In this document: piece after piece, positions 27,178-39,929 of the stretch
Numbering within the stretch: the stretch's first letter is position 1
Layout: each line of letters begins with the position of its first letter
Assembly: GCA_030141605.1 (NCBI GenBank)
Contig: JAQGDQ010000129.1
Location: forward strand, 194,781 to 258,780
DNA: 64,000 nucleotides
Reading direction: 5' to 3'
Source: Tubiluchus corallicola
Taxonomy: Eukaryota > Animalia > Priapulida
Program-made: the position numbers and the translations under genes
Notes under the pieces: model-generated
What the model was told of the DNA's origin: nothing
Database searches by the model: none
The model's input: the letters and a program-made list of their open reading frames with translations, nothing else

Positions 27178-28329
27178 ATGGCTGAGGCTACCACTATGGC
27201 GGCCATTGCAGCCAATGTGACTAATCAAACTTGCGATGATGACAGCGATGGCAACTGCACTAACTACGACTACTATGACGTCATTGCATTTGAACGAATT
27301 GTGTCCATAATTGTGCCGGTTGTCTTCAGTATCATTGTTTTGATTGGATTAGTTGGTAATTTACTTGTCATCATTGTCGTTGTGTTCAATCCTCAGATGA
27401 GAAACACAACAAACGTTTTAATAATTTCATTGGCTTTATCAGACTTGAGTTTTATAGTCCTCTGTGTGCCATTCACAGCTACAGATTATGCATTACCCAG
27501 ATGGCCATTTGGAGATGCTTGGTGCAAGGTTGTACAATACATGATACACGTGTGCGCGTATGCCAGTGTCTACTCATTGGTTCTGATGTCTTTGGACAGG
27601 TTCTTGGCAGTCGTGCACCCAATCACTTCTATGAGTATTCGCACTACTCGAAACAGCTGGATAGCTGTAGTCGTGCTCTGGGCTGTCATCTGCCTCGGCA
27701 ATATTCCCAATTTCTGGTTCTTTGGCAACGTCGAGTACATGTTTATCCACGAACAGCGATCGAGTTGTAACATGAAGTTCAAAGAGAGGTCAGAAGACAT
27801 GAGAATCTTCTATGCGTGTTTTCTGCTGCTAGCTTATTTCATCCCGCTTTTTGCGATCATCATTCTTTATACGCTGATGATGAACAGACTTTGGTATGGA
27901 GTAACACCTGGTGGGACCATCTCCAGCGAAAGCCTACGCTCTAAGAAGAGAGTCACGCGCATGGTGGTAGTTGTAGTTATCATCTTTGCATTGTGTTGGC
28001 TTCCCATCCAAGTTATTTTCCTCCTTAAACACATAGTGCGAATAGAGTTCGCCGGCAAAAAGGTTATATACTTCCAAATAGGAAGCCAATGTCTCGCCTA
28101 CATGAACTCTTGTGTAAATCCAATTTTGTACGCCTTTCTTTCGGACAACTTTCGTAAGGGTTTCAAGAAAGTGCTGTGCTGTGGTGACTTGCGGCGTACA
28201 CATATTCGCACTTACACAGACTTTGAGCGCACAGACGCTAGAACTGCCTTAACAGCAACGTCTAATGTCCTTGGAAATAATCACAACAAGATTAATAAGG
28301 AAAACATGATTAATGATCATCAAGTTTAA
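27178..28329 (+). CDS. AstA-R: Allatostatin-A/buccalin (galanin-family) rhodopsin-type neuropeptide receptor, 383 aa, no intron in the CDS
   Basis: Seven TM segments with GNLLV, MRNTTN, LALSD, CVPFTATDY, WPFG..WCK, SLDRFLAVVHP, CWLP and NSCVNPILYAFLSDNFRK, which match the AstA-receptor signatures I recall. N-glycosylation sequons lie in the N-terminus. The ATG at 27178 follows a polypyrimidine tract and CAG acceptor, so the ORF extension upstream of it is intronic. Confidence 0.93.
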   Translation: MAEATTMAAIAANVTNQTCDDDSDGNCTNYDYYDVIAFERIVSIIVPVVFSIIVLIGLVGNLLVIIVVVFNPQMRNTTNVLIISLALSDLSFIVLCVPFTATDYALPRWPFGDAWCKVVQYMIHVCAYASVYSLVLMSLDRFLAVVHPITSMSIRTTRNSWIAVVVLWAVICLGNIPNFWFFGNVEYMFIHEQRSSCNMKFKERSEDMRIFYACFLLLAYFIPLFAIIILYTLMMNRLWYGVTPGGTISSESLRSKKRVTRMVVVVVIIFALCWLPIQVIFLLKHIVRIEFAGKKVIYFQIGSQCLAYMNSCVNPILYAFLSDNFRKGFKKVLCCGDLRRTHIRTYTDFERTDARTALTATSNVLGNNHNKINKENMINDHQV

Positions 28330-30145
28330 TCAGTTCGGTGCATGAAAAGTGACCGCAGCATCATCAATGAATTATCTAAGACCATTTTTCAACTGAATTA
28401 CGACACGGAAAATTGTCCGTATGGTATGTGACGCTCTCAAGATTAAGATTGTTGTTGTTTTACTTTTTGTAAAAAAGCTGTAAAATAATCACATTGTTGT
28501 GAGATTGTGTGGTTTCGTAGAATACAGATCGTTGCTCTGCAATACAGAAATTTAGATACAATAGGCACAAGACTATTCGTTTAGTATAAGGCGACTGTAT
28601 TATATAGTAACAACAACAACAGTTATTGTAATGTTATTCTATAATCATCCTAATATTAGCTATGCAGCATGCATATCATATTTCCTTTGTGACGTTGACC
28701 ATACGTAGCCCTAGTGTCATTAAATTTTCATGATTATTCAATGTCAATGGGACATCATGTGAACATTATTAAGACAGGCTTTGCTGGCAGTTTATATACA
28801 TTAGTCTTGTTCTTATTCTTATGGCTTGATAATCAAAGTTACAACTTCTATTGGTGACATCTCCCAGAATGGTCTATATTCGAGTCACAGATGAGATTTT
28901 AAAATCTGCGTTTAGGTGCTGTCGTGTGAATCTAGGTCAGTAACTCTATTACATTAAGATGATTGCACGAGTTACAACTGCGTTCCATTCCTTTCACAAA
29001 TTTCTCTGCACATCACTATTATGCCGTTAGCTACTTAGCTAAAAGGCAAATCACCGTAGCAGCAAATTGTATCAGGTTTTAACATAAGTATCATCAGTTT
29101 ATGAAGTTTCATGAAAACTATAATCCCGAAAGAAAAGAGTTAGACCCTAAGTGTTAATGGGAGCAGCGTGAAATCTTTTTTAAATCATGTCTAACTGTAG
29201 CTAAATCTGATTACATAGCTAGCAATTATTAATCAAGAATAAATACTTACTGATTCACAACATTTAAATCATAAAATTTCCCGTTTTTTTGGATTTCTTT
29301 CATTTGAAAATAATTAAGTAGAAAAGAGCCCCTATAGGAGTCTAAACACGCACATACAAAATTCAAGTGTCTTTCACTTTAGTCCTGGCAATTGCATCTC
29401 TGCAAGAAAAAAAATTCCAAGTTATTTCAAGGGGTTCATCGCTCTTCTTTTATTAGGTAACTTCAACTAGTCTAGATTATCTTGTTAATTCTGTATTTCT
29501 TTAGTAAGGCTCCAGCTTTCACAAAGTACGCATAAAATTAGCAGACAGCGTTGGCAGAGACAAACAAAATAAAAAATACAGCTAATAACACTCAACATTG
29601 AAGAAGGATGTGTAAGGAAATTCACAGCACGGAATTATTTACATGATTAAAATTATTTACATGGACTAAATCCACACTGGCAGTATTTGCATGATTTTTG
29701 CACCATTAGCAATTCTATGGGCATTATGGGCACTAGGACAAACACAGGTCGTCTGGTCAAACATAAATGTAACATGTGATTATAATTAATAAATGCTGCA
29801 CGTTATTCATAACGCTCTTCTAATGACGTCTTAATGTCACACAATTCCCTAATGAACTTTTGCATTGATTATATAACGTACGTACGTTGATATGTAAAGG
29901 TATACCCAGTAGTATACTACAATATATGTACTAGGTGACCACAATTAGTAAACAAACTGAATGTGGGTTGGGAATTCATGCAGCATGAAGCTACTCGGTA
30001 CACGCAGTCGTTTGAGATCGTTAATCTTGCTGTTTATAAGGCAAAACTAGGTACAGGCTAATTCAGAAGTACACAGGAGGCACCAGTTAAATATGTTCAC
30101 TTTCAATATTTTAACAGAGCTATTGTGGGCAATTGTAGTGGCTAC

Positions 30146-30238
30146 TTTCACAAAGCCGTCACTAAGTTAACGACGTAGTTATTACGTTCACTTAGCTATT
30201 AATAAGGACGTCGTTTACTTAGTGACGGCTTTGCGAAA
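30146..30238. repeat. Near-perfect 31-bp inverted repeat (mini-MITE hairpin)
   Basis: tttcacaaagccgtcactaagttaacgacgt (30146-30176) pairs with acgtcgtttacttagtgacggctttgcgaaa (30208-30238) with 2 mismatches and a 31-nt loop. Confidence 0.85.
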
Positions 30239-32005
30239 CTAGGCTGGGCACTGATCCTTTTACTCTGTATTTAAAAACTGTGCTTGTCATTTATGTGTGT
30301 AATGAATTGTGTGTAGCGGCAAAAATTAGTAGAAGAAATCAGGGAAAGGACAAGGAGTGAAAATTGGAAAGGCAAACAGTTGAGTTATGCATGGATGCCC
30401 AAAAGAACTAGATTTTAAGAAAAGTATTGTTTTTAGAATTATTTTCCAAGTATTCAGAGGTCTTTTCACTATCTAAAATAATAAGATATAGACTAAATTT
30501 CATCTATTATGTATAGGCTGCACATAGAAGTTTCAGTAACACTTTGAACACCGTTGGCTACATTTCTGAAGCGCTACAGTCTATTACTCTCTTTTAATCT
30601 GCGCCTATGAAACAATTTAGAATAAAACACTTGATGAGGTTGTGTTGTAAATGTTATTGTATTATCCGCAACGGCTAAAATCTAAAAGGAGCCTTGATGC
30701 TAAACACTATTACAAAAAATAATTGTTGTCTGAATAATATTGGTATAATTTATATAGTCGTGTTTAATCGCAGAGAACTTCTACCGTAACAGTTAGTAAT
30801 GTTGATGTTGTGTTGTGACTGTAGGATGTATAAAATTATTTTGCGCTCGAAGTATTTCATATTTATTATAAACGCTGTTTTACGATCGTTAAAGTTTAAG
30901 TTTTTTCTTCACGTATACACATTAAACCGTGTCGCATTTCAAAAGAACTAATTTTTAAGTTTCTGCATCTCACACGACATTTTGTTCCTAACGCAATTAA
31001 AACTCGGGTGTTCAATTTCCTATTACTCTTGATCAAACTGCGTACATTTGTACTAAATCAATTCCCACACTAATTGAAATTGCTGTTCGCCAAACGTTTT
31101 TGTGCTAAATGAGGTACCGCGACTAAATTAAACTCACTTTAATACAGGTGCCTAACAAGGTACCTGAAAACCTCAACGACCAAACAAAATGTAGAACGTA
31201 AAAGGTTTTCACCTTTCTGCCTAATTTCGATCTTTCCAGCCTCCTTTTTGTCTAACTGCGTTTCACACGAGGTAAACAGAGAGTGGCTCCAATAGATTTT
31301 TGAGCATCTCAGCAATACAACAACAGTTTAGACGAATGGAATTATGAAATATTAAATGGGAGCACGTATATTAAATATTTTTAATTTCATTTTAGATCGA
31401 GGATTACTGAGTTTGTAACAGTATTCCTCATTAAGGCAGGCAAATGAATAAAACATTGTTCTACGACTTGTATACGTTTTTCTCGCATTCTTGGAAAAAC
31501 ATTATGATTTACGTATTTATGTTCATCTCTGAAATTTTTTAGACACAGCAAGTGAAACATTTATTTTTGCAAAAGTAAGCGTAGAACTTGTTTTATTCTT
31601 ATTATTTGTTTATTTTTTATGGAAACTGTGTTAAATTTGTACCACGTCAAAGTAATCTTCATAGCCTTATCACAACTTTATATACACATATATAGACATA
31701 AAGTGTTCCTGTTTTGATGCTGCATGTATTGCACATCGGTGACAATTTGGACAACGAAAGCACAATTAGCTTTTAACAGTGCGTACCCCCGCAAATGCGT
31801 TACAACGACACTTAAGAAAATAAAGAATTTTATTCAGTTCAGTGCGTTAACAAGCTGTGTATGTTACTAATGCCAAGGGTATTACTGCCCTATATTATTC
31901 TTGTAAATATTATATGAGCATATATATGCATGTAAGAAATAACTGTGTTATTATCATGAATTATATAGAATGTATGAGAGTAATACTTGTATGTATACAT
32001 AAATT

Positions 32006-32031
32006 AATAAAGTGCTTCTCTAGACAATAAA
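32006..32031 (+). terminator. Candidate polyadenylation signals of the GPCR (two AATAAA)
   Basis: AATAAA at 32006 and 32026, after an AU/UGUA-rich tract and followed by a T-rich element. This would give a 3' UTR of about 3.7 kb; earlier AATAAA hexamers also exist. Confidence 0.35.
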
Positions 32032-34178
32032 CTCAGCCTTTTCTTCATTCGTTTGTCGTCACCTTTAATTTCAATCCACTAAATGTTACCAATATTAAAA
32101 AGACGCTAGTTTAAACAGAAAAAAGACAGTAACAAGTATTATCGCGAGTATACAAATATGCCACACAGATCATGCAGCATAAGAAACAAACACGGTAAAA
32201 CGGGAGTTATTCACTCAAAAGGTTAGTGGTTCCTGTCTTCATTCAGCAAGTATTTTGTTCTTTTCAGTTTAATTATATCGTACACCTGATTATCAAGACG
32301 TGTTACACGCACGCACAGGCGCGCGCGCACACACACACACACTCTCACACACATAGTGAACATAGCTTCTACGTAAGGTCTGAGAGATTTTTAGGCTTAC
32401 AGCTAGCCAGCTATTTTTTGCTTTAATGCACTACGCACATTTAGATTTTTGTTATAGAATCTCCAATGATGAAGCGCTCAGTAGTAATTGAAATAAAAAA
32501 TATTTTAGTCTCAACTCAGATTCGGGTGACGTATCTAGAATTATTCAATGACTAAGCATAATTTAATTATACCAACAATTTGAAATAATTCCACAGTAAA
32601 AAAAACACGTTAACAGCTATACCATTAGTCGTAAGTTACTACAACACAAAAGCACTCAGCATTTTACACGAGCACCACTACATTAAACACGTATTAGCCA
32701 GAATTATAACTGTCATAATCAGTGCTATTTAACAGTAAACTGAGCGCATGGATATAGCGGCAATGATGCTCAGAAATTCTTGTATTCATTGAAGAGTAAG
32801 ATATGCGAATTGCTTGAGATCGCCCAGGCAGAAAACTGAAATTGAATTTGAAGGAAGAGTTGTAAGTCGAGTGCCATTTTCTTCGTGCTTACTTATCTAA
32901 TTAGGCGTCGTCCTGTTTTCTAGTACCATTTATAATAATATCAGAATAATGGTTTTTGGAGTTGCTCGTAATAATGAAGAGCAACATTTTAAAAATACGC
33001 TCAGCGCCAAGATCCTGGAATTCACGCCTTTTTTGCACGATTCGTGTAACTTTTTCAGAAACTCATTAATACTGATGTTTGTTACACTATCTCACGAGTA
33101 GAAAAATATCCACGCTAGAAATGAATCTTTTATGATCTACATTAAGTCCCAAAAACGTACAACCCAACCTGATACACATAAACACCTACACGTAGCCGCC
33201 ATTTTCGTATAATGAGATTGCCAAAAAGACTGATGAAAATACCTTCGCTGAACTAAATGGATGTGGGGTAAATTCAGCATTTCAATTTCGTCATTCACAC
33301 TAAGAAACAGAAACGCCTTTACTGTACATATTTTTGTTTATTGCTACGACATTTACTAATTTTTCTGCTACTACGTCGCATGTTCGCGCATGCATACTAA
33401 TTATTAGTGGGCAAACAGCATTTTTTGTGTTACATTTGACAGGTTTTGCCTTTCTAATCTGTACCCAAAATGCATGACAAATCACACTGTATCAGTTAGC
33501 AGTTTATAAGGATAATAAAATTACCTGAAATATGACTCGATTATTCAAATCATGAGAAATCAAGCATCTCTCGTAATTCATGAGCGATGCGAAGCGGTTA
33601 CAAAAGCTAGAAACGATAAATTTCGGCAAACGGTAAAACAAATACAAGATTAATGGCAAATGTAATGAAATCAGTGAATTTGAAAAACTTGCTACTATGC
33701 ATTGCAGCACAAATAGGAAGTTGTTAATATCTCCTATAGTATGTAGACTTACGTAGACAAGTTAATTATTACCTGATGTGTATGCAGTTTGTTTTTTTAA
33801 GTAAACATAAGAAAATGTTAAGTATAATTTATGTATTTATATTTTTTTTTTCACTTATTTATTGATTACCAAAGTAACATACACTAGAGAAAAAATTATA
33901 TGTGCACTAAAATCTGTGCAAACTATGTAGTTAGTTATGGCTGCAGAAGTTTATTCAAAAGCTATAATGCACTGCAAATTAGGTAAAATGAGCACAAATA
34001 CGTCTACAACGAACGAATATTTATTTCTTTTAATTGAAAAATTCGAAATTACACAATCACATAATATGACAATTCACTATCAAGGTAAGAATTAGAAGGA
34101 CGGATTTTAAGTAAGAGATTGTTTCTTCCAATAAGTTAATGGATACCGCTGAGCACAGTAATGAAATAACAGTTCTCG

Positions 34179-34324
34179 TTAACTTGAAGAAGCTGTTGCT
34201 GCAGACTGGACGTCGGTTGGTAGCAGGACATCTCGAGACGTCGTGTCATAACCCATTTTCTTCATGTCCTTAGCAACAACATTGAATGAAAGAGCTAAAT
34301 GTCCCTGGGAGCGTACTCGCGTTA
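34179..34324 (-). CDS. B9D1: B9D1 coding exon 6 (last)
   Basis: tttttatttttag acceptor, phase 1. Encodes (V)[47 protein letters not shown], matching the B9D1 C-terminus VTRVRSQG...FNVVTKDM.KLGYD. Confidence 0.92.
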
Positions 34325-37300
34325 CTAAAAATAAAAAGGGTAAACAAGTGGAAATGGTAGGAATTAAAATTTCTCATAATAATGCAGCCAAAGCGAGCCC
34401 TTTTCAAGATAATTCATTCCAATCATGTAGTCTGCCAATTAAAACTAATTAAAATGTTTACAATTACAATTAAAACGATATGTTTACTTTATAAGATGAG
34501 TTCCAATACTCCACAACTGACCTGAACCAAATAGAGTAAATGTACAGCAAATGGTGGCGGAGTGACATATAACCGCCCCACATATTACCAGACGGCTTGC
34601 ATGGAACAAGTAACTGTGAAAAACTTATGATTATAACATGAATGCGAAGACAACTAGACTTACGAACATCTGTTATTGCGCGATAATAATGAAGTTAACT
34701 TGAAAAACAGCTCGTTGGGAGGGAAAAATGTGCAAGATAAAAATTATCAGCAAAGTGCAACAAAAAATTCATTATTACAACAGGCATTGCATAAACGTCA
34801 CCAGTAATTCATATCATAGCAAATTTGCCTAACAAAGTTACTGCCTATTTTGAAAGTATTGAAAAATCAAAAGTGACATTGCCGGAATAAAGGAAAATGG
34901 CACGAGCCCACGACCTATAATGCGCATGGTTTCCTAGTAACTGATGCTGATGAGGACTGAACATACCGAGAAGAATACCTTGGCAACTGAACGCCAAATT
35001 TCAAAGATGCTCTTACCGAGACTGTCATATAAAACTGGCTGTCAAAACATATTTCTCGGTCTAAATAAATTTTAGCTGTGAATGAATGAATAAGAGGAAT
35101 GGTTTGCAAACAAAATTAGGACATTTTGGTTGCATGTTCAGTTAGGCATTGCTGCTCTGGCGTTAAAGATGACTGTTTGTCCTTGTTCTTCGAAAGAACC
35201 GAAATATATAATTGTTAACGACTTTTAAACGAGTGTGAATTTTACTAAAACAAACTAATTGCTGCGCTAATTGTGGCGCACCGCAATTTTGGAGCAAACC
35301 TTTAAACATAATTTTTTCGTCAAATGTTTCGGAGTCCCTTGCTAAGTATATGTATGCTATATATTTAAAGCTGAATTATAATATATGATAACTGTTTGAT
35401 CACAAACAGCTGAAACAATTTAAAAAGTTGCTTGTGCAACAAAAAATTAAGCCTGAAATTTACAGAACAATATGACAAAAACCTAGCAAAGTTCTACTTT
35501 TTGGATTTACATATTTGAAAAACATGATAGAAAAAGTTGGAACGTCCTCAAAATTTTACTAGCCTAACAGGAACAATTTTTGATCGACCCGCCATATTCT
35601 TTACCTCTTGCAGAATGTTTTGTGCGGCATTACTTGGTCACGTACGGCATCAGACTCATGTCAGCAGTGATCAGTTGAATCATTGTGATCAGTGCAGATG
35701 GTAAGCCTCAGTCAAGTCAAACAATGTTTCGTCACGCTATTACCGTGTATTTAGGGAATACTTGCAAAGATAGTATTCGAAGCCAAAAAACAGACCTTGA
35801 CTGTCTCCTAAAATTTTAATCCGATTTCCGATTTCGAACAATATTTTAATAATATGTCAACTACTATCAGCTAATTACAGGTGTGGCGATTTTCAAGTAT
35901 GTTTTCTTCCATTTTCGTTACATCAAGCAAACAATAAATACGCGGAAATTCAGCTCTATTTGATGACAAAAATTAGAATTTGTCTGTGTAAATTGCGCTG
36001 TATTGTAGAACAGTGAACAAAGTAATTTTGTCAAGTGCTCATTCCGTGTAATTGGCTTGCTTGTTTGCTTGTTTTTCGTCGTCACTTTTTGTAATACACG
36101 TCGTTTAAGTTCGATATTGTTATGAACAGTATACTATAGACGAATGTTTAGCTAATATTATGAATAGGTACTGTAAGTACTGCGGGATGGGAAAGCCACA
36201 CACCTGTCCTTCAACAAGTGCATAAGTTGGAAACCAGGTTGTCGTCCTAGTTTTATTTCGACGGCTTGAGTCGGCACGTTTATAGCTGTGAAGTAAAGAC
36301 GTTTTCTCTGTACGTGTCACCTTGCAGACTATGTAATTTGCTGCAGTTTGGCATTTAGCATTTTATATAGCTGTGATTACAGTTAAAGGACAGTAACGTT
36401 TTTGAGCAGTCCAGATATGTTGTGATACATTTTGAGCACTATCGGAATTTACAGCCAAACGGATACTTGGGACAATTTGTTTAAGCCGTTATGGGGTTAC
36501 TACTGTTCATGTGGAAGGTTGGACTGAATATCACCGCATGAATTTACCTGACGCCTACCTCTGAGAAAGTTAAACCATTCTCGATGTCACCTCACCTACC
36601 TCATCTACTGGACAGTGCAGACTTCGTTTCCAGTGACGTCACCAGTGATTATGTGGCATGCCAAGACGTTAATGGACAGTGAACCATCTCAGCGTGGACA
36701 GGTTTTTCGGTGCACCTCCCAGGGAAAGGGTAATTAGTGAGTACCGAGTGTATTAGAATCTTAATTTGTTTATCTTTAGTTGGGTTTTGCCTCGTATTTA
36801 TCTGATTGCTTTTGAAAATTATCTTTTTGATCATATCATCACAAATTTGTTAATTAAATTTTGATTGTTCTTTATACACAAAATATGTATCTTGGAATGC
36901 GTTTCTTTGTGAACGTTTAAAAAGTATTTGAATAGCAAAAATATTATGAATAGTTCACACTTTGTTAGCTAAACACAATAACAGCAACTCAAGGCCGACA
37001 CTTAAGATCCCACTCGTGATTCGAACCCACATCTTTTATCTCAAGGTACGCCCCGTAGAGGTACCTATGAGAAACTGATTCAGTTTCTAAACTATTAACA
37101 TCTGTGTGCTACTACCTCACCGCTCGGCTAGGAGTACTAGTTTGGGAATTGTTGAAGTAAATCTGGTTTAAATAAAGAACAGAGAACCAACAAGTAAAAC
37201 CCGGCGTCACAGATATTTAGTCTACAGAACGTTTTTATCTGGAGCAATAATTGGCTATAATTATTTCATTTTGCGAGAGAAATGTATTTTGATAATCTAC

Positions 37301-38149
37301 TCTACTAAACCTTGGCCTATATCGTATGTACAATAACAGTATGTAAAAAGCTTCTGTACTGAACCTCTGTCTACTGAAGATTCTTAGTAGCTTTATATCA
37401 TCAAGGGTGATCAAGCCACTGACTAACGCCATTAGGTAGCATTTACCTGGCGTACGAGTCACGTTGTGCGTTATCCACCTGCGGAATAACTGCGTATAAA
37501 AAATCAAAAGGAAATAGCTGCAGAAAAAATAACGCATAACGCAGTCTGAAAAACGGGTGCACTGAAAACAATATAAGCCGAATATATTTATACTACATTC
37601 GCATAACGCATACGCATTCCGGATGCCAAGTAAACGCGTATGACACTTTCACGCGAATTTTACTAGACATCAAAATATTTTGCGTCAGGCGCTCTAGTCC
37701 CCCATCTCTTTTAAAGCATGTACATAATTTCGTAATTTTATAATTTGTGATATGCTTAGTTATAATAGAAACCCAGATTTTAAATGTGTTCTCAATTCTG
37801 AATTTATTCTGATGTGAATGTTGAAAAAATTATAGGCAAAAGCCTGAAACAAAGAAATAAAATACAGATTTCTAAATACATCTTAAGACTTCAGGCAAAC
37901 AGTATCGAAACCGTTAAAAGGGCAAAGGGCATAAACCCTTTAACCAGTTTTTACTTAGCAGAAAGAATCCGTTGGTTTCTGTGGTGTTGGGGTTAGCCAA
38001 GCGGCAAATTGTACGCCATGAAATACAGAGCAAATGATCGTTAATCATAAAGCCAATAAAAATTAATTTAATTAGCCCCGACAGCTGTAACTGAGATGTT
38101 TTGTATGAACGTACGCTACTAGCAGGTACTTTTCAACGTACGATACTAC

Positions 38150-38300
38150 ATGAAGTTACTAAAAGACATTAACACCAGGCACTCAAGACTGCGAATCTGT
38201 CTACGACAAGAGCGAGTGCTTCTCTGGTACCAAAGCTTACTCTGGCTTAATACTCCTGCAGGTCACTTGAACGGTGTAACCACAAATGATCATACAGTTG
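38150..38300 (+). CDS. Possible upstream coding exon of the nested MYND gene
   Basis: ATG at 38150 after an in-frame TAG, open for 50 codons to a G|gtaagt donor whose phase 1 fits the next exon (151+84+725 = 960 nt). A non-coding first exon ending at the TTG|gtatgt donor (38493/38494) is an equally plausible alternative. Confidence 0.35.
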
Positions 38301-38306
38301 GTAAGT

Positions 38307-38358
38307 AACCGAAACCGAAACCGGTTACTGTGTTGGAACAGAAACCGAAAGTGAAAGC
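38307..38358 (+). promoter_or_regulatory. Cluster of ISRE/IRF-E-type motifs
   Basis: AACCGAAACCGAAACC (38307-38322) and GAAACC-GAAAGT-GAAAGC (38341-38358): five GAAA cores in two 6-bp-phased arrays. A TGACGT CRE-like half-site follows at about 38383. Confidence 0.55.
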
Positions 38359-38818
38359 CTGAGAATAACGATTAGTGTTTGATGACGTAGTTTCGACAGC
38401 GTTTGTAACCCTGTTATTTTGTAGTAGAGTGCTTCTGTTCAAACTGTTCTACTTAACTGTTAACCATCGGCTGTTCAAGACTTGGGCGCGTTGGTATGTA
38501 ATGATAAATGCTTTATACATATAATTAGAAATTATGAAAATATGTCAGATAATGAACATTCTTGTCGTGTCAGTTATACAAATGCTGTGTCGAGGAAAAT
38601 ACATGACTGAAGAAATGACTCGACTAACTCGAGTCACATTTTAATAGTTATTTGTGTATTGCAAAACATCTCGAACTTGGACAAACTGGCTTATTTTGTG
38701 TATTTAAACGGGTATTTAAGTTAGAAGTGAAAATCGCGAGGATTTAGAGTTAACTGTGTTGGATTTAGCGATTGAAAAATTGATAATAATTCAAATTGTT
38801 TTAAAACGGCTTTTGCAG

Positions 38819-38902
38819 GTAATGCAGATGTGAAGATAATGCGCCGCTCAATGTCAAATCCCGAATTTCTGAACATGTTTCAAGCATGTAAATTACAAAC
38901 TG
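38819..38902 (+). CDS. MYND gene internal or first coding exon (ATG at 38839)
   Basis: ttttgcag acceptor and G|gtaagg donor. Frame NADVKIMRRSMSNPEFLNMFQACKLQT; its phase 1 end matches the acceptor at 39204/39205. Confidence 0.65.
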
Positions 38903-39204
38903 GTAAGGCTAACATTAAAAGCTTACAAAATTAATATTGTATAAAGCAATTTATTATGCATTTCTTTTGTTGTGTGTAACTTGCATTCTTTCTACTTTTG
39001 AAACCTTAATTAGGTAACAAAATAATAAGTTATTTTTACTTTCATAGTCTTTAGGTTAAAACTCATGATCAGTCATAGTCAGAGAATAGAAATTATCTAA
39101 ATACAAAAGCAATACTAGCACATTCACTAATACATTAGTTTATATATATAAAAGTACCTAACCTTTGTTATAATTATTATAATTGTTGCTTGATTTGTTA
39201 TCAG

Positions 39205-39929
39205 GAACTCAAGAAGTCAACAAATACCAACAAACTTGCAAGAATAGCGATCCTAAAAATGAATTTGTCACGCTTAAGAACAAGCGATATTTTCCTACTT
39301 TTTTAAACATGCCGTATGATAAGCCTGGTGAGGGGATCGTCAACGATGTTTACTACACATCTACTGATGGCGTGTGGTACAGACCTTGTTGTCATTGGTG
39401 CTTTCTTGGCGAAATTGTCAATGACGAGCTGGGCCAGTTAAGTCAATTTAGAAATACAGTAAAAGTAAGAGACATAGAGGGAAGAGAATCCATTGAAGTC
39501 GGTTTCTACCAAGGTTTCAACATTTCCCTGCAGACCTATGGTTTAAACCCTGCCCATCTGAGACGTGGACATACAATTTGTATTCGCTATGCAGAAGCAC
39601 ACTTATTTCTAAGCGGTGAAGTTGGTGTACGGGTAGAAAATCCACACTTTGTAAAAATTATAAAAGCCAATTTACGTACCCTAATGGAAATCTCAGATAT
39701 CTGTGGAACAGTAGATGTTGACAAATTTTGCTGGTCATGCAAAAAGAAAGGTCATCATGGAAAGACCCTAATGAAATGCTCGAAGTGTAAGTTTGCCAAA
39801 TACTGCACAAAATCGTGCCAGGAGGCAAACTGGTTAGTACACAAGAAGCACTGCAAAATTATTCCTGATTATCTGGAACTGATCGGTATAGACTTCCCTC
39901 ATTTTGAAAAAAGGATTCCATTTCATTAA
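39205..39929 (+). CDS. zf-MYND protein with uncharacterised N-terminal domain, main exon, nested antisense in B9D1 intron 5
   Basis: Uninterrupted ORF. The C-terminal CWSC-x12-CSKC-x4-YC-x3-CQ-x3-W-x2-HKKHC is a canonical MYND finger. Upstream block FPTF..P...YY...DG..YRP..HWCFLGEI...V.VRD..G...V.FY...GHTI.I.YAE.H.FL.G..G.RVE. Acceptor ttatcag|GA; AATAAA at 40712. Confidence 0.88.

Noticed and set aside
34915-35022. Phase-compatible alternative last exon for B9D1 (VSVRASLKF...KPCAL*)
   Set aside because: Weak acceptor, no similarity to B9D1, and the end is not a true CaaX.
36120-36320. Minus-strand ORF starting VTR like B9D1 exon 6
   Set aside because: Wrong splice phase and no further similarity.
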